Positions 49,087-58,492 of a DNA stretch of 64,000 bases are shown here, one piece after another. The stretch covers positions 124,001 to 188,000 of the IMG/VR virus record IMGVR_UViG_3300042319_002138. The stretch is one strand, 5' to 3'. Numbering within the stretch: the first letter of the stretch is position 1; every line of letters starts with the position of its first letter. Position numbers and translations under genes: made by a program. The notes under the pieces were generated by a model, which was not told the origin of the DNA, did no database searches, and saw only the letters and a list, made by a program, of their open reading frames with translations.

Positions 49087-49566
49087 ATGGGTAAAATTAA
49101 TAAGATATCAAAGACTATAGATTTTATAGAGTACATATCAAAAAATATGGAAAAAGACGATTTAATGTTGTTATATAAAATTAATAATATAACACAAGAA
49201 AAATTAGAGTTATTTTTCGATTTTATATACTCACTAAATGAGTTAGTTTTAACTACATATATGGGTGATGATGTTACTATCGGTGAAGAAAAGAATAATC
49301 ATTTTAAATGGTGTTGGTCAAAAGTGATTAGTTCCTTTAAAGAAGAGAGAATCTACTTCATCGATGTAACAGAATTATTTAATTATTTTAAAGAGTTTTA
49401 TAAAGAATCTTTTTATTACGAAGAAGATAAAGATATTGATAGTACAAAAAAGATAACCGAGTTTTGGGGACAGTTGTTTGATTTTAGTAAAGGTAAAACA
49501 ATGTCTGAATATGAAACTCTTTTAGAACTCTACAAAATATTTAATAAAAGTTTTGTAGTAAATTAA
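49087..49566 (+). CDS. hypothetical protein
   Basis: 159 aa helical ORF. Confidence 0.6.
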   Translation: MGKINKISKTIDFIEYISKNMEKDDLMLLYKINNITQEKLELFFDFIYSLNELVLTTYMGDDVTIGEEKNNHFKWCWSKVISSFKEERIYFIDVTELFNYFKEFYKESFYYEEDKDIDSTKKITEFWGQLFDFSKGKTMSEYETLLELYKIFNKSFVVN

Positions 49567-49630
49567 TATTATTTTAACCCAATACTGTTTAATTTTAAAC
49601 AAATTAGGTTAATTTAAATAAAAATGTTTT

Positions 49631-49870
49631 ATGAATTTTAAAGATTTAAATATTGTAAGTAACGAACTTATACAGGAAAAATTAAAAGCCGAATCCAATA
49701 TCGAACACTTGATATTAGATAAAAATTTAAATCCAGAAGAAAAAATAAAAAGCATAATCAAGGAATTAGGTAGACTAAAAGACGCGTCATTAATGATTAC
49801 GTATTGGGAGTCTTTTATATCTAATAATTTAATAACCCCTAAAAACGAAGGGGAAAATAATAATGAATAA
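49631..49870 (+). CDS. hypothetical protein
   Basis: 79 aa ORF. Confidence 0.55.
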   Translation: MNFKDLNIVSNELIQEKLKAESNIEHLILDKNLNPEEKIKSIIKELGRLKDASLMITYWESFISNNLITPKNEGENNNE

Positions 49871-49882
49871 AAAATAATTAAA

Positions 49883-50068
49883 ATGGAAAAAATTATTGAA
49901 CTAGAAAATCTTGTAAAATCTTTTAGAGATGATTACGAAAAATTTATTGAAAAAGGTAATAAAACTGCTGGTACTAGAGCAAGAAAAACTTTACAAGACA
50001 TTCGTAATGTGGCTAAAGACACTAGAGATGAAATTAGTAACACTAAAAAACAAATGGTAACACCGTAA
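49883..50068 (+). CDS. histone H1-like Hc1 family protein
   Basis: KFIEKGNKTAGTRARKTLQDIR motif. Confidence 0.75.
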   Translation: MEKIIELENLVKSFRDDYEKFIEKGNKTAGTRARKTLQDIRNVAKDTRDEISNTKKQMVTP

Positions 50069-50271
50069 TGGGAGAATTTTTTTTAAATAAAGTTTTATTA
50101 GTTATATTCATAATGGGTGTCTTTAATGTACTTAAACACTCTTGGAATATAATAAATGGGTTGAGGTCGGAAGTACCCACTAAATACGAAATCTCTACTT
50201 GGGACAGGTTTTTATTGGGTCTTTCTATCTCATACATTATCACAGCATTACTCACAGGAATTCAATTATAA
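50068..50271 (+). CDS. small membrane protein
   Basis: Two hydrophobic segments, TAATG-coupled. Confidence 0.55.
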   Translation: MGEFFLNKVLLVIFIMGVFNVLKHSWNIINGLRSEVPTKYEISTWDRFLLGLSISYIITALLTGIQL

Positions 50272-50720
50272 TGATACAAAAAAGAATAGACAAACTACAA
50301 CCTTTTTTTAAGGGGTTAAAAGTTGCTGAAGGTTATAGAATAGTTGAGGTTAACTTAAGAAAGACTTGGGAAATAGAGGAAACAGATGAAATTCAGGTTT
50401 CACAAAAAGAAACCAAAGAACAAGGTTCTCTTTATAATATGTTTTATTCAGATACAAAAAGTTTTGATGAAATTTTAGATTATATTGAAGAAAAGGTAAT
50501 TAACTATAATCTAGAAATTGAGGAAAAAGAAAGATTACTTAAAGCTAAGGTTGAGGAACTTAAAAGAGTTTTTGAAACAAAAAGTTTAGATGAACTTAAT
50601 CACCTTAAATTCACTACAGAAGAGAATAATCTAAAGTTGAACGCAAAAAACATTATCGCTAATGTTACTACAACAAACGAACAACAAGATAATAACAAAA
50701 CAACAGAAAAAATTTCTTAA
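50271..50720 (+). CDS. hypothetical protein
   Basis: Probable start ATG 50271 (TAATG coupling), C-terminal coiled-coil. Confidence 0.55.
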   Translation: MIQKRIDKLQPFFKGLKVAEGYRIVEVNLRKTWEIEETDEIQVSQKETKEQGSLYNMFYSDTKSFDEILDYIEEKVINYNLEIEEKERLLKAKVEELKRVFETKSLDELNHLKFTTEENNLKLNAKNIIANVTTTNEQQDNNKTTEKIS

Positions 50721-50721
50721 A

Positions 50722-51120
50722 ATGGGGGTTCCTAAAAATTTTCACCAAACAGTTAATCTACCTAAAATGGCTGAGGCTTTAAATGAACTAAGTTTTTATG
50801 ATTTTGAGTATTCAGTGGTTTTAACCGAAAATTATAATAAACAATTACGTGAAGCCGAAATCCTAGGTCACATCATTGAAACCGATTTAAATGTTATTGG
50901 TAGAGGTGGTGATTTAGAATTTAGATGTACAAAAAGTTTTAGTGCTTTAGATGACGAAACCGCTAATAATAAAATTACAGAATGGTTAGACACTAAAGTA
51001 GATAAGGGTGAGATATCACACTACGAAATAAATGGGATGAATTCTAACACTTTTTATGAAGAACTAGAAGAAAGACATTTGGATAAATTATTTGTTAAAG
51101 AAGAAAAAGGGACTAATTAA
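50722..51120 (+). CDS. hypothetical protein
   Basis: Probable start MGVPKNF at 50722. Confidence 0.55.
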   Translation: MGVPKNFHQTVNLPKMAEALNELSFYDFEYSVVLTENYNKQLREAEILGHIIETDLNVIGRGGDLEFRCTKSFSALDDETANNKITEWLDTKVDKGEISHYEINGMNSNTFYEELEERHLDKLFVKEEKGTN

Positions 51121-51132
51121 GTCCCTTTTTTT
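51104..51132. terminator. bidirectional intrinsic terminator
   Basis: AAAAAGGGACT-AATTA-AGTCCCTTTTT between convergent genes. Confidence 0.8.
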
Positions 51133-51475
51133 ATTCCTCATTAAAGGCTCTTTCAGCCATTTCCTGAAATGTATGGATTAACCAAGTAGTACCTGAGGCT
51201 AACATACCGTCAAAAAATACGGAAGTAACTTCATTAGGTATTGTAAAAAATCCAAGATTTAAATCTCCTAAACCATAGTACAAACTAGGTGAGAAAAATG
51301 TTAATGAAAGGAAGAATCCTGCCCATGTAGGAAAACACATCATACAAGAAACTAGTTTACCCCAAAAATTAGGGCTCTTCTTAGTCAAAAACTCTCTCAT
51401 ACTGCCAAATATTGTTCCATAAACAATGATATTTGACAATCCATAACAAACTAAAATAAATAATAATGTATTCAT
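51131..51475 (-). CDS. DUF1360-like membrane protein
   Basis: TM segments flanking LVSCMMCFPTWAG (CxxC..W). Confidence 0.6.
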   Translation of the reverse strand: MNTLLFILVCYGLSNIIVYGTIFGSMREFLTKKSPNFWGKLVSCMMCFPTWAGFFLSLTFFSPSLYYGLGDLNLGFFTIPNEVTSVFFDGMLASGTTWLIHTFQEMAERAFNEE

Positions 51476-51521
51476 ACTGTATTGTTTTTATATTTATAAG
51501 TATAATGAATTTATATATATA

Positions 51522-51956
51522 ATGAAAGAGTCTGTAGGAATTTTAATAATAGCAAGAGATACAAATAACTTTCTTTTGTTACATAGGTCTGATAGGCCAA
51601 TAGTATGGTCCATTTTAACGGGTACTATGGATGTTGAAGGTGAGACACCATTAGATTGTGTTAAAAGAGAGATTGAAGAGGAAATAAGGGTAGATTCTAG
51701 TCAAATACAAAACATTAAGTTATTAGATACAATAACAAATGATTACGGTCTTTTTCATGTCTTTGTTGGGTTTGTTGATGAAGAATTTAAACCTAATCTA
51801 AAATTAGATGAAAATGATGATTATATGTGGTCTAATGAAAATAATTTACCAAAACCAATACATAAAGGTTGGAATAAAACTTTCCAATTAGTAGAACCCA
51901 TATTAAATTTAAGAGAATCAATTAACAGAAAATTAAACAAATTGTTATATGAATAG
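51522..51956 (+). CDS. Nudix hydrolase
   Basis: Nudix box GTMDVEGETPLDCVKREIEEE. Confidence 0.85.
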   Translation: MKESVGILIIARDTNNFLLLHRSDRPIVWSILTGTMDVEGETPLDCVKREIEEEIRVDSSQIQNIKLLDTITNDYGLFHVFVGFVDEEFKPNLKLDENDDYMWSNENNLPKPIHKGWNKTFQLVEPILNLRESINRKLNKLLYE

Positions 51957-52146
51957 AGAAGAATGGGAAATAGAACAAGAAAGAAGAAAAATTGTACAAG
52001 ACCAATTAGTAACTGAACATAAAAAAAATAAGTTCATTAATGAGATAATGGGTGGTTTGGGTGAAATCATTAAAAAAGAACCAAATACAGTTCAAAAAAA
52101 ACTCACTAAATGGGAAAAATTTAAAAAATTAATAGGATGGAATTAA
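51949..52146 (+). CDS. hypothetical protein
   Basis: 65 aa, overlapping-coupled. Confidence 0.5.
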   Translation: MNREEWEIEQERRKIVQDQLVTEHKKNKFINEIMGGLGEIIKKEPNTVQKKLTKWEKFKKLIGWN

Positions 52147-52373
52147 AAAGTTTTGTTGATTTTGCTTACTCCATGGTCAATATGGATGAAGTAAAAGCAG
52201 GTAAATTCCTTTTACCAAAAGAAATAGTATATGATTTACGTGATGATTTACATAGAGAAATCCATAGAGAAATCCAAAGAGAAATTAAAAAAGATAACAA
52301 CACTAATTTAGACCAAGAGTTTGAGGTAGAAATTTATAACATAAATTTTAAATTCTTAAAAAACACTATATAA
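52137..52373 (+). CDS. hypothetical protein
   Basis: 78 aa, coupled to the RNase HII gene. Confidence 0.5.
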   Translation: MELKSFVDFAYSMVNMDEVKAGKFLLPKEIVYDLRDDLHREIHREIQREIKKDNNTNLDQEFEVEIYNINFKFLKNTI

Positions 52374-52975
52374 TGGGTTTAAAATCATATTTACACACAG
52401 ATTTAGTAGAATGTGGTGTTGATGAGGTCGGTAGAGGTTCGTTAGCTGGACCTGTTTTTGCGGCAGCAGTAATCCTACCCAAATATTTTACATCTGAACA
52501 AATTAAAGACTCAAAAAAACTAACAGAAAAAGGTAGACAAAGAGCTCTTAAAGAAATTGAAGAAAATGCGATAGCTATTTCAGTTGAGATGGTTGATGTG
52601 GAAGGTATCGACACCTACAACATCCAAAACGCAACATTTGGTGCAATGAATAAAGCTATTACTTCTTTATCAGTTAAACCTGAACATATCTTGGTTGATG
52701 GTAATATTTTTGATTCTTTTGAAGAGATACCTTATACTTGTGTTATTAAAGGTGATAATGAATATCTTTCTATTGCTGCTGCTTCAATTGTAGCTAAAGT
52801 TTATCGTGATGAATACATGAACTTTCTCCACGAAAAATTTCCTTCATATAAGTGGGATAAAAATAAGGGGTATGGAAGTAGTCACCACATTCAAACTATA
52901 AAAGAAGAAGGTATAACTAGTCACCATAGAAAAAGTTTTTTAAAGAAAATTTTAACGACTACTACTTCTATATAG
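52373..52975 (+). CDS. rnhB: ribonuclease HII
   Basis: GVDEVGRGSLAGPV, DSKKL, LVDGN, KGD..YLSIAAASIVAKV.RD, NKGYG and HRKSF. Confidence 0.95.
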   Translation: MGLKSYLHTDLVECGVDEVGRGSLAGPVFAAAVILPKYFTSEQIKDSKKLTEKGRQRALKEIEENAIAISVEMVDVEGIDTYNIQNATFGAMNKAITSLSVKPEHILVDGNIFDSFEEIPYTCVIKGDNEYLSIAAASIVAKVYRDEYMNFLHEKFPSYKWDKNKGYGSSHHIQTIKEEGITSHHRKSFLKKILTTTTSI

Positions 52976-53593
52976 TCTATTGTAACCTACACCAGTTACT
53001 GAATTCAATTTTTTGTACCATTCTTTTTTATTTTCTTTAGGTACAGAACCAAAGAAAATAATGTGTTTAACTCTGTTGTCATAGCAATGGATACGTAATC
53101 TATTGTACAATCTAGTGGCCTCACTAACATCCTTACAAGTAACCATATTTAAAGCTAAACCTTCTATAACAATTTTATTATTTAAAATAACAACCTGTTT
53201 AGGGTTTTTATCACTTAATTTACTCAACAAAACGTAACTAATAATCTCTTGGGTGTTTAATTTTCTATTTGCACCCGTTACCGAAAATTGTTCCTCTATT
53301 TGATATTCAGAACGGCCTAAAACAACCCAATCAGGGTCCTCCATAAATGATTCTAATAATTTACCATATTTATCCCGTAGAATAATACTTTTATCACCCT
53401 CACCTCTTTTCTTTAAGAGTAAGACATGATAAACTACCTCCGTTAAAACTTTGTTTTTATAAACTTGTTTTTTCGGATATTGTATTTGTTTATTACTTAC
53501 GTTTGTAAAACGATAAAGAGCATCATATTCCCGACTATATTTGTATAGTGTTTTGACTTTCTTATCATTTTCTGTTAATATTATTTCGTACAT
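52952..53593 (-). CDS. hypothetical protein
   Basis: 213 aa ORF filling the gap between rnhB and dnaJ. Confidence 0.6.
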   Translation of the reverse strand: MYEIILTENDKKVKTLYKYSREYDALYRFTNVSNKQIQYPKKQVYKNKVLTEVVYHVLLLKKRGEGDKSIILRDKYGKLLESFMEDPDWVVLGRSEYQIEEQFSVTGANRKLNTQEIISYVLLSKLSDKNPKQVVILNNKIVIEGLALNMVTCKDVSEATRLYNRLRIHCYDNRVKHIIFFGSVPKENKKEWYKKLNSVTGVGYNRLYRSSSR

Positions 53594-53616
53594 ATTACTT
53601 TTTAATATTACATACG

Positions 53617-53645
53617 TTTACAAAAAATGTCCACACTATTATTAT
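53617..53645 (+). promoter_or_regulatory. sigma-70-type promoter TTTACA-17-TATTAT
   Basis: -35 at 53617-22, -10 at 53640-45, upstream of dnaJ. Confidence 0.5.
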
Positions 53646-53651
53646 TAACAA

Positions 53652-54584
53652 ATGAAAGAATATTATGATATTTTAGGTTTAAATGAAGGAGCTAAAGAAG
53701 AAGATATAAAAAAGGCATATAGAAAAATGTCTAAAAAATATCACCCAGATTTAAACCCAAACAACAAAGAGGCTGAAGAAAACTTTAAAAAGGTTGTTGA
53801 AGCTTACGAAATATTAACAGGGAAACAAAAACCAAAAAACCAAGGAAATCCTTTTGGTGGTTTTAACCCTTTCCAAGGAGGTCCACAAAAAGCTAGACCT
53901 TTAAAATTAGTTATAGAATTAACCCTTGAGGAATCTTATTATGGTTGTGATAAGATTATTAATTTCCATTCTACCGAAGCTTGTGACAAATGTCATGGGG
54001 AAGGAGGTTTTGAACCACAACAGTGTAACCAATGTGGTGGGAATGGTCATATACAACAAGGCCCATTTTTATTTATGTGTAATAATTGTGGTGGTAACGG
54101 TAAATTATTTAAATCTGTTTGTTATCACTGTAATGGTAATGGTGCTGTTAAAACGATTAGAAGTGTTGAGGTTAAAGTACCTAGTGGAACAGTTGATGAT
54201 TCTTTCTTTACCTACCCTGGTTTAGGTGATTGGGTTAAGAATGCCCAAAGGGGGGATTTGTATTTTATTACCAAGTTAAAACCACATGATGTTTATACTT
54301 TAGAAGGTTTAAATCTTAAAAGAAAATTAGACATTCCAATCCTAGACATTTTATTAGGTATTGAAAGTGAGTTTAGTACTTTAGATGGTAGTGTTAAAGT
54401 AAAGATACCTAAGTTATCTGAGACAAATAAAACGTTTAGATTACGTGGTAAGGGTTTTGTGGATGGTTCTACTGGTATAACCGGTGATTTATACGTTACA
54501 TTAAACCCAATAATACCAAAAGAATTATCTGATATTGAAGAATATAAGATAAGGGAGTTAAAAAATATGCCCAACTTTAGTTAA
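53652..54584 (+). CDS. dnaJ: DnaJ chaperone (J domain, CxxCxGxG zinc repeats, C-domain)
   Basis: YYDILG, HPD, four CxxCxGxG repeats and GDLYV. Confidence 0.95.
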   Translation: MKEYYDILGLNEGAKEEDIKKAYRKMSKKYHPDLNPNNKEAEENFKKVVEAYEILTGKQKPKNQGNPFGGFNPFQGGPQKARPLKLVIELTLEESYYGCDKIINFHSTEACDKCHGEGGFEPQQCNQCGGNGHIQQGPFLFMCNNCGGNGKLFKSVCYHCNGNGAVKTIRSVEVKVPSGTVDDSFFTYPGLGDWVKNAQRGDLYFITKLKPHDVYTLEGLNLKRKLDIPILDILLGIESEFSTLDGSVKVKIPKLSETNKTFRLRGKGFVDGSTGITGDLYVTLNPIIPKELSDIEEYKIRELKNMPNFS

Positions 54585-54607
54585 AGGATATTTATAATAA
54601 AACTTTA

Positions 54608-55807
54608 ATGAAAAAAGTAGAATTACTTAACGAGATAATGGGTGTCCCTAAAGATTTGGACCCATGGGTTGAATCTTTAACAAAATTACTATTGGATGAG
54701 ATTAAATCTGAAATAAGAGGTGGTTGGGCCGAAGAAGGTAGATTTAACTACACAGACCCAAACACAGGAGAAGAAATAGAAGATTTTGCTAATAAATCAA
54801 ATGATGTTGAAATATCTGGTGGTGAGGTAATGGATTTTGTTATGAAAGACAATGGTTTTAGTGATATGAAAGATTTCCTAAATTCAAAAATGTTTCAATC
54901 ATTGCCAATATGGAAACCTAGGATAACTTTTAATGTTGTAGGAATACCTTCGATAGTGTTAAAACAAGAGGATGGGACAATACAAGCCTCTGTAGGTGGT
55001 GAGATAACCCAAAAACTAAGTAAACTAGGTAAACATATGGTTTTATCAAAACTATACCTAGATTTTAATGTAATTATTGAAAAAGAAGGTATGTCTACTA
55101 AAGATGTTAATGAATTAAGAGAAACTATAGCTCACGAACTTTTACACGTTTATCAAAAATGTAAACAATTAAAGGCTGGTAAAGATGTACATTTTGGTAA
55201 AGAAACCGCTCTAAATGCTGTGGCTAATAACCATTATTTTAGGGAAATAGGTATTGATTGGTGGCGTGATTTTCTTAATTTAGTATACCTACACTTATCT
55301 TTTGAGATTAACGCTAGAATTGAACAGTTATATTATAAATTAAAAAATAAGGACATTAAAACAACTGATGATTTTGTAAGAGAATTACATAAATCAGAGG
55401 TTTGGCGTCAAATGAAGATGTTGGAAGATTTTAACGCTGAAGAATATTTAAAAAGTTTCCAATTACCGTCAGCTGGTAGTAAACGTAATCCATTATATAT
55501 GTTACATAAATTAATGAGAGATACACAACTTAAGTCTATGGGAGTAGACACAAGTTCCAAGGATAGTGCTATAAAATCTTTAATAAACCTTTGGGATACT
55601 GTATTAGAGAACGGTGTAAAAGGAATTCAATCTGTTGGGGTAAATATTAGTATGGATAAAGTTCCACAAAAAGCTAAAGAAGACCCTTACGTATTTTTTA
55701 AATTCTTTGAAAAACGTTTTCATAAAAAAGCTGAAACATGGAAGAAAAAAATGTACCGAGTTGGTGCATTAATTTTACAAGAAAACAATGAAGGTACTTT
55801 ACAATAA
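54608..55807 (+). CDS. HExxH-motif protein (putative zinc metallopeptidase), likely virion-associated
   Basis: TIAHELLHVYQ plus downstream EINA. N-terminal LLNE. ATATTTAT at 54588. Confidence 0.55.
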   Translation: MKKVELLNEIMGVPKDLDPWVESLTKLLLDEIKSEIRGGWAEEGRFNYTDPNTGEEIEDFANKSNDVEISGGEVMDFVMKDNGFSDMKDFLNSKMFQSLPIWKPRITFNVVGIPSIVLKQEDGTIQASVGGEITQKLSKLGKHMVLSKLYLDFNVIIEKEGMSTKDVNELRETIAHELLHVYQKCKQLKAGKDVHFGKETALNAVANNHYFREIGIDWWRDFLNLVYLHLSFEINARIEQLYYKLKNKDIKTTDDFVRELHKSEVWRQMKMLEDFNAEEYLKSFQLPSAGSKRNPLYMLHKLMRDTQLKSMGVDTSSKDSAIKSLINLWDTVLENGVKGIQSVGVNISMDKVPQKAKEDPYVFFKFFEKRFHKKAETWKKKMYRVGALILQENNEGTLQ

Positions 55808-55826
55808 GTTTTTTTAATAGTAGATT
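55798..55826 (+). promoter_or_regulatory. sigma-70-type promoter TTTACA-17-TAGATT
   Basis: Upstream of the slyD-like gene. Confidence 0.45.
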
Positions 55827-55857
55827 TAATATATAATAAAAATAAAATATTGTTAAA

Positions 55858-56271
55858 ATGATTAAAGAAGGAAGTAAAGTAAAAGTACATTACACAGGTA
55901 AATTTGAAGATAATAATGTTTTCGATTCATCTACAGGTAAAGACCCAATCGAATTCGTTGTTGGTGAGGGTAATTTGATTCTTGGTTTTGAACAAGGTGT
56001 TATGGGGTTGTCGGCAGGTGATAAAAAAACTGTTGAATTAGAACCAGAGCAAGCTTATGGACCATATAACGAAGAACTAGTTAACCAAGTACCTCTTGAT
56101 AGAGTACCTGAAGGAGTACAAGCAGGTCAAATGTTGGAAGCACAAACAGAAGCGGGGCCAATTCCTGTTGTTGTTACTGATGTAAACGAAGAAACTGTTA
56201 CCATCGATGCTAATCACCCATTGGCTGGTAGAAAATTGATTTTTGAATTGGAAATTGTTGAAGTAGCGTAA
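55858..56271 (+). CDS. slyD: FKBP-type peptidyl-prolyl isomerase (SlyD-like)
   Basis: VKVHYTG..D..VFDSS, G.LI.GFE, AYG and DANHPLAG..LIFE. Confidence 0.9.
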   Translation: MIKEGSKVKVHYTGKFEDNNVFDSSTGKDPIEFVVGEGNLILGFEQGVMGLSAGDKKTVELEPEQAYGPYNEELVNQVPLDRVPEGVQAGQMLEAQTEAGPIPVVVTDVNEETVTIDANHPLAGRKLIFELEIVEVA

Positions 56272-56296
56272 TTTTTAAAAAAATCATAAAAAAAAT

Positions 56297-56330
56297 AATC
56301 CTATATGTTAATCATGTGGGATTTTTTTTT
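56297..56330 (+). terminator. intrinsic terminator
   Basis: AATCCTATATG / CATGTGGGATT stem plus T-tract. Confidence 0.6.
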
Positions 56331-56337
56331 ATCTTTG
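56330..56337 (+). promoter_or_regulatory. Bacteroidota-type -7 element
   Basis: TATCTTTG, 4 nt upstream of ATG 56342. Confidence 0.6.
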
Positions 56338-56341
56338 TGTT

Positions 56342-56515
56342 ATGAAAAAACCCTGTAAAGAATGTCCTCACTTTATCCGTAATCGTCATAATGATATGAT
56401 TGTGGAGTTCGGTGAAAAAACGGGAAAGAAACACAATTGTCACATGACGGAAGGAAAAAAAGATTTGTGGAATGTGACGGATAAAAAACTTGAATGTTAT
56501 GGAAGTAAAAACTAA
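56342..56515 (+). CDS. small Cys/His zinc-binding protein (not in the ORF track)
   Basis: Manual translation, 57 aa: MKKPCKECPHFIRNRHNDMIVEFGEKTGKKHNCHMTEGKKDLWNVTDKKLECYGSKN. Confidence 0.7.
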   Translation: MKKPCKECPHFIRNRHNDMIVEFGEKTGKKHNCHMTEGKKDLWNVTDKKLECYGSKN

Positions 56516-56828
56516 ATTTGGAACATATATAGAAATGGAAACAGAAACTAGTACAAAAATAAGTACAGATAAACTCGGAGTGTTTGTTGAACGACTTAAA
56601 AAAATAGGAATTGATGTAAAACTATCAGGAAATTTTCCTTGGGTTTATCTTGGTAAAATCAATGGTGTTAGAGTTACTGAAACATTTTATGCTAATCACG
56701 GGTTTACTGTGATGTTTCTTCCTAGTAGAATGGATAGTCCACCATCCGAGTTTACAGACATTACGGAGATTTTTAAATTAATTAGAAAATATACAAAAAA
56801 ACCTATTGACAAATCAGAAAATAAATAG
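56499..56828 (+). CDS. hypothetical protein
   Basis: Contains RLKKIGIDVKLSGNFPWVYL..ING..V.E.F.ANHGFT. Start uncertain. Confidence 0.6.
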   Translation: MEVKTKFGTYIEMETETSTKISTDKLGVFVERLKKIGIDVKLSGNFPWVYLGKINGVRVTETFYANHGFTVMFLPSRMDSPPSEFTDITEIFKLIRKYTKKPIDKSENK

Positions 56829-56834
56829 TATAAT
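56806..56834 (+). promoter_or_regulatory. perfect sigma-70 consensus promoter TTGACA-17-TATAAT
   Basis: -35 at 56806-11, -10 at 56829-34, upstream of the TROVE/VWA gene. Confidence 0.7.
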
Positions 56835-56876
56835 TTATAACTGTTTTAAAGAAACCTAATTAAAAAAATAGAAATT

Positions 56877-58319
56877 ATGTCAAGATTAACTGAAGCATTA
56901 CAAACTGAAAACACAACCACTAAGAACGGGATGGAAACTAATTCATCTTCTCTTAATGAGTGTGTTAACCTTTTCTTCTCCATTGGAGCAATGAGAGGTA
57001 AAAGTTCTGAGAGTGTTGTAAAACTTTTCTCAAAGGCTTTCAGTGAAGAACCAACTACAGCATTAAGAATCCTTTTTTGGGCAAGAGATGTTAGAGGTGG
57101 TGCTGGTGAGAGAAAAATCTTTAGAGATATTTTATCTTACCTAGTTGATAACTACTCAAAAGTAGTTAAAGTTAATCTTAACTTAATTCCTGAATACGGG
57201 AGATGGGATGACGTTCATATCCTTTTCGGAACTGAATTGGAAAATGACGCCATCACACTTCTTGTAGAAGGTTTAAAAAGTGGTAATGGTTTATGTGCTA
57301 AATGGATGCCCCGTAAAGGTTTGGTATTTAATAAAGTACGTAAAGCACTTAAGTTGGACCCAAAATCCCTTAGAAAATTACTTGTGTCTTTGTCAAACAC
57401 GGTAGAACAAAAAATGTGTTCGAAAAGTTGGGCAGAGATTGAGTATTCAAAGACACCATCTTTGGCTATGTCAAGGTATACAAAAGCTTTTGGCAGAAAC
57501 GACCAAGAAAGATTTGGTCAATTTATTGAAGCCCTTCAAAAAGGTGAAACTAAAGTTAACGCCGGAGCTTTGTATCCTTACGATGTTACCAAGAATCTTA
57601 GATTCGGTAATAAAGATTTGGCTAATGAACAATGGAAAGCCCTACCAAATTATATGGAAGGTTCAACAGAACTTGTCCTACCTTTGGTTGACGTTTCAGG
57701 TTCAATGGATTGTTCGGTAGGAGGTAATCCAAACCTTACATGTATGGAGGTGGCTATTTCTTTGGGTATGTACATCTCTGAAAGAAATGAGGGAGCATTT
57801 AAAGATATGTTTATGACATTTTCTTCAAATCCCGAAATTCAAAAATTGATGGGTCCACTTAGTGACCGTTACAATCAATTAGCTAGAGCTAAATGGGGTA
57901 TGTCAACTAATTTAGAAGCAGCGTTCAAGACTATCTTGAATCAAGCAGTTAAATTTGGTGTTCCACAGGAAGAGATGCCAACAAAGATTCTTATCCTATC
58001 CGATATGGAGTTTGATTCCGCTACTAGTAGTGGTTGGGGAAATGAATCTGATTGGAATCCCTCGGCTATGTCGATGATTGATGAAATGTACACTAACGCT
58101 GGTTATGTAAAACCTGGAATTATTTTCTGGAACCTACATTCCAACGGGGGTAATTTCCCAGCAAGATTTGATGAGGTTGGAACTGCTTTAATTAGTGGTT
58201 TCAGTCCATCAATCTTGAAATCGGTTCTGAATAATCCTAACAGTTTAACACCTGTTAATATTATGAATGAAACCGTACATTCAGAAAGATATGAACCTGT
58301 AAAGGTTTGGATTCTTTAA
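56877..58319 (+). CDS. TROVE/Ro60-related VWA protein (DUF2828-like)
   Basis: TTKNG, LFWARDVRGGAGER, EYGRWDD, AKWMPR, MIDAS-type VDVSGSM, ILILSDMEFD, IIFWNL and SGFSP. Confidence 0.85.
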   Translation: MSRLTEALQTENTTTKNGMETNSSSLNECVNLFFSIGAMRGKSSESVVKLFSKAFSEEPTTALRILFWARDVRGGAGERKIFRDILSYLVDNYSKVVKVNLNLIPEYGRWDDVHILFGTELENDAITLLVEGLKSGNGLCAKWMPRKGLVFNKVRKALKLDPKSLRKLLVSLSNTVEQKMCSKSWAEIEYSKTPSLAMSRYTKAFGRNDQERFGQFIEALQKGETKVNAGALYPYDVTKNLRFGNKDLANEQWKALPNYMEGSTELVLPLVDVSGSMDCSVGGNPNLTCMEVAISLGMYISERNEGAFKDMFMTFSSNPEIQKLMGPLSDRYNQLARAKWGMSTNLEAAFKTILNQAVKFGVPQEEMPTKILILSDMEFDSATSSGWGNESDWNPSAMSMIDEMYTNAGYVKPGIIFWNLHSNGGNFPARFDEVGTALISGFSPSILKSVLNNPNSLTPVNIMNETVHSERYEPVKVWIL

Positions 58320-58323
58320 AATA

Positions 58324-58481
58324 TTGTGGTATTGAGGAATAATTGCAGCAAAATTAAAATCTTAAATTTATAGCTACATAAGAGAGGGCTTTGATAACCC
58401 GTCTAACCACAAGGGTGTAAAGGTGAAAGCCGGGGACCACTCAGAGTTAGACAAAAGAGTCAAACGATTCTGTTACCACAA
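58324..58481 (+). ncRNA. candidate structured ncRNA 1 (closed terminal stem)
   Basis: TTGTGGTA(58324-31)/TACCACAA(58474-81), GGAAT/ATTCT, GTCTAAC(58401-07)/GTTAGAC(58446-52), and a GGT-GAAA-GCC GNRA hairpin. No ORF. Confidence 0.6.
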
Positions 58482-58492
58482 AATTATTAAAA

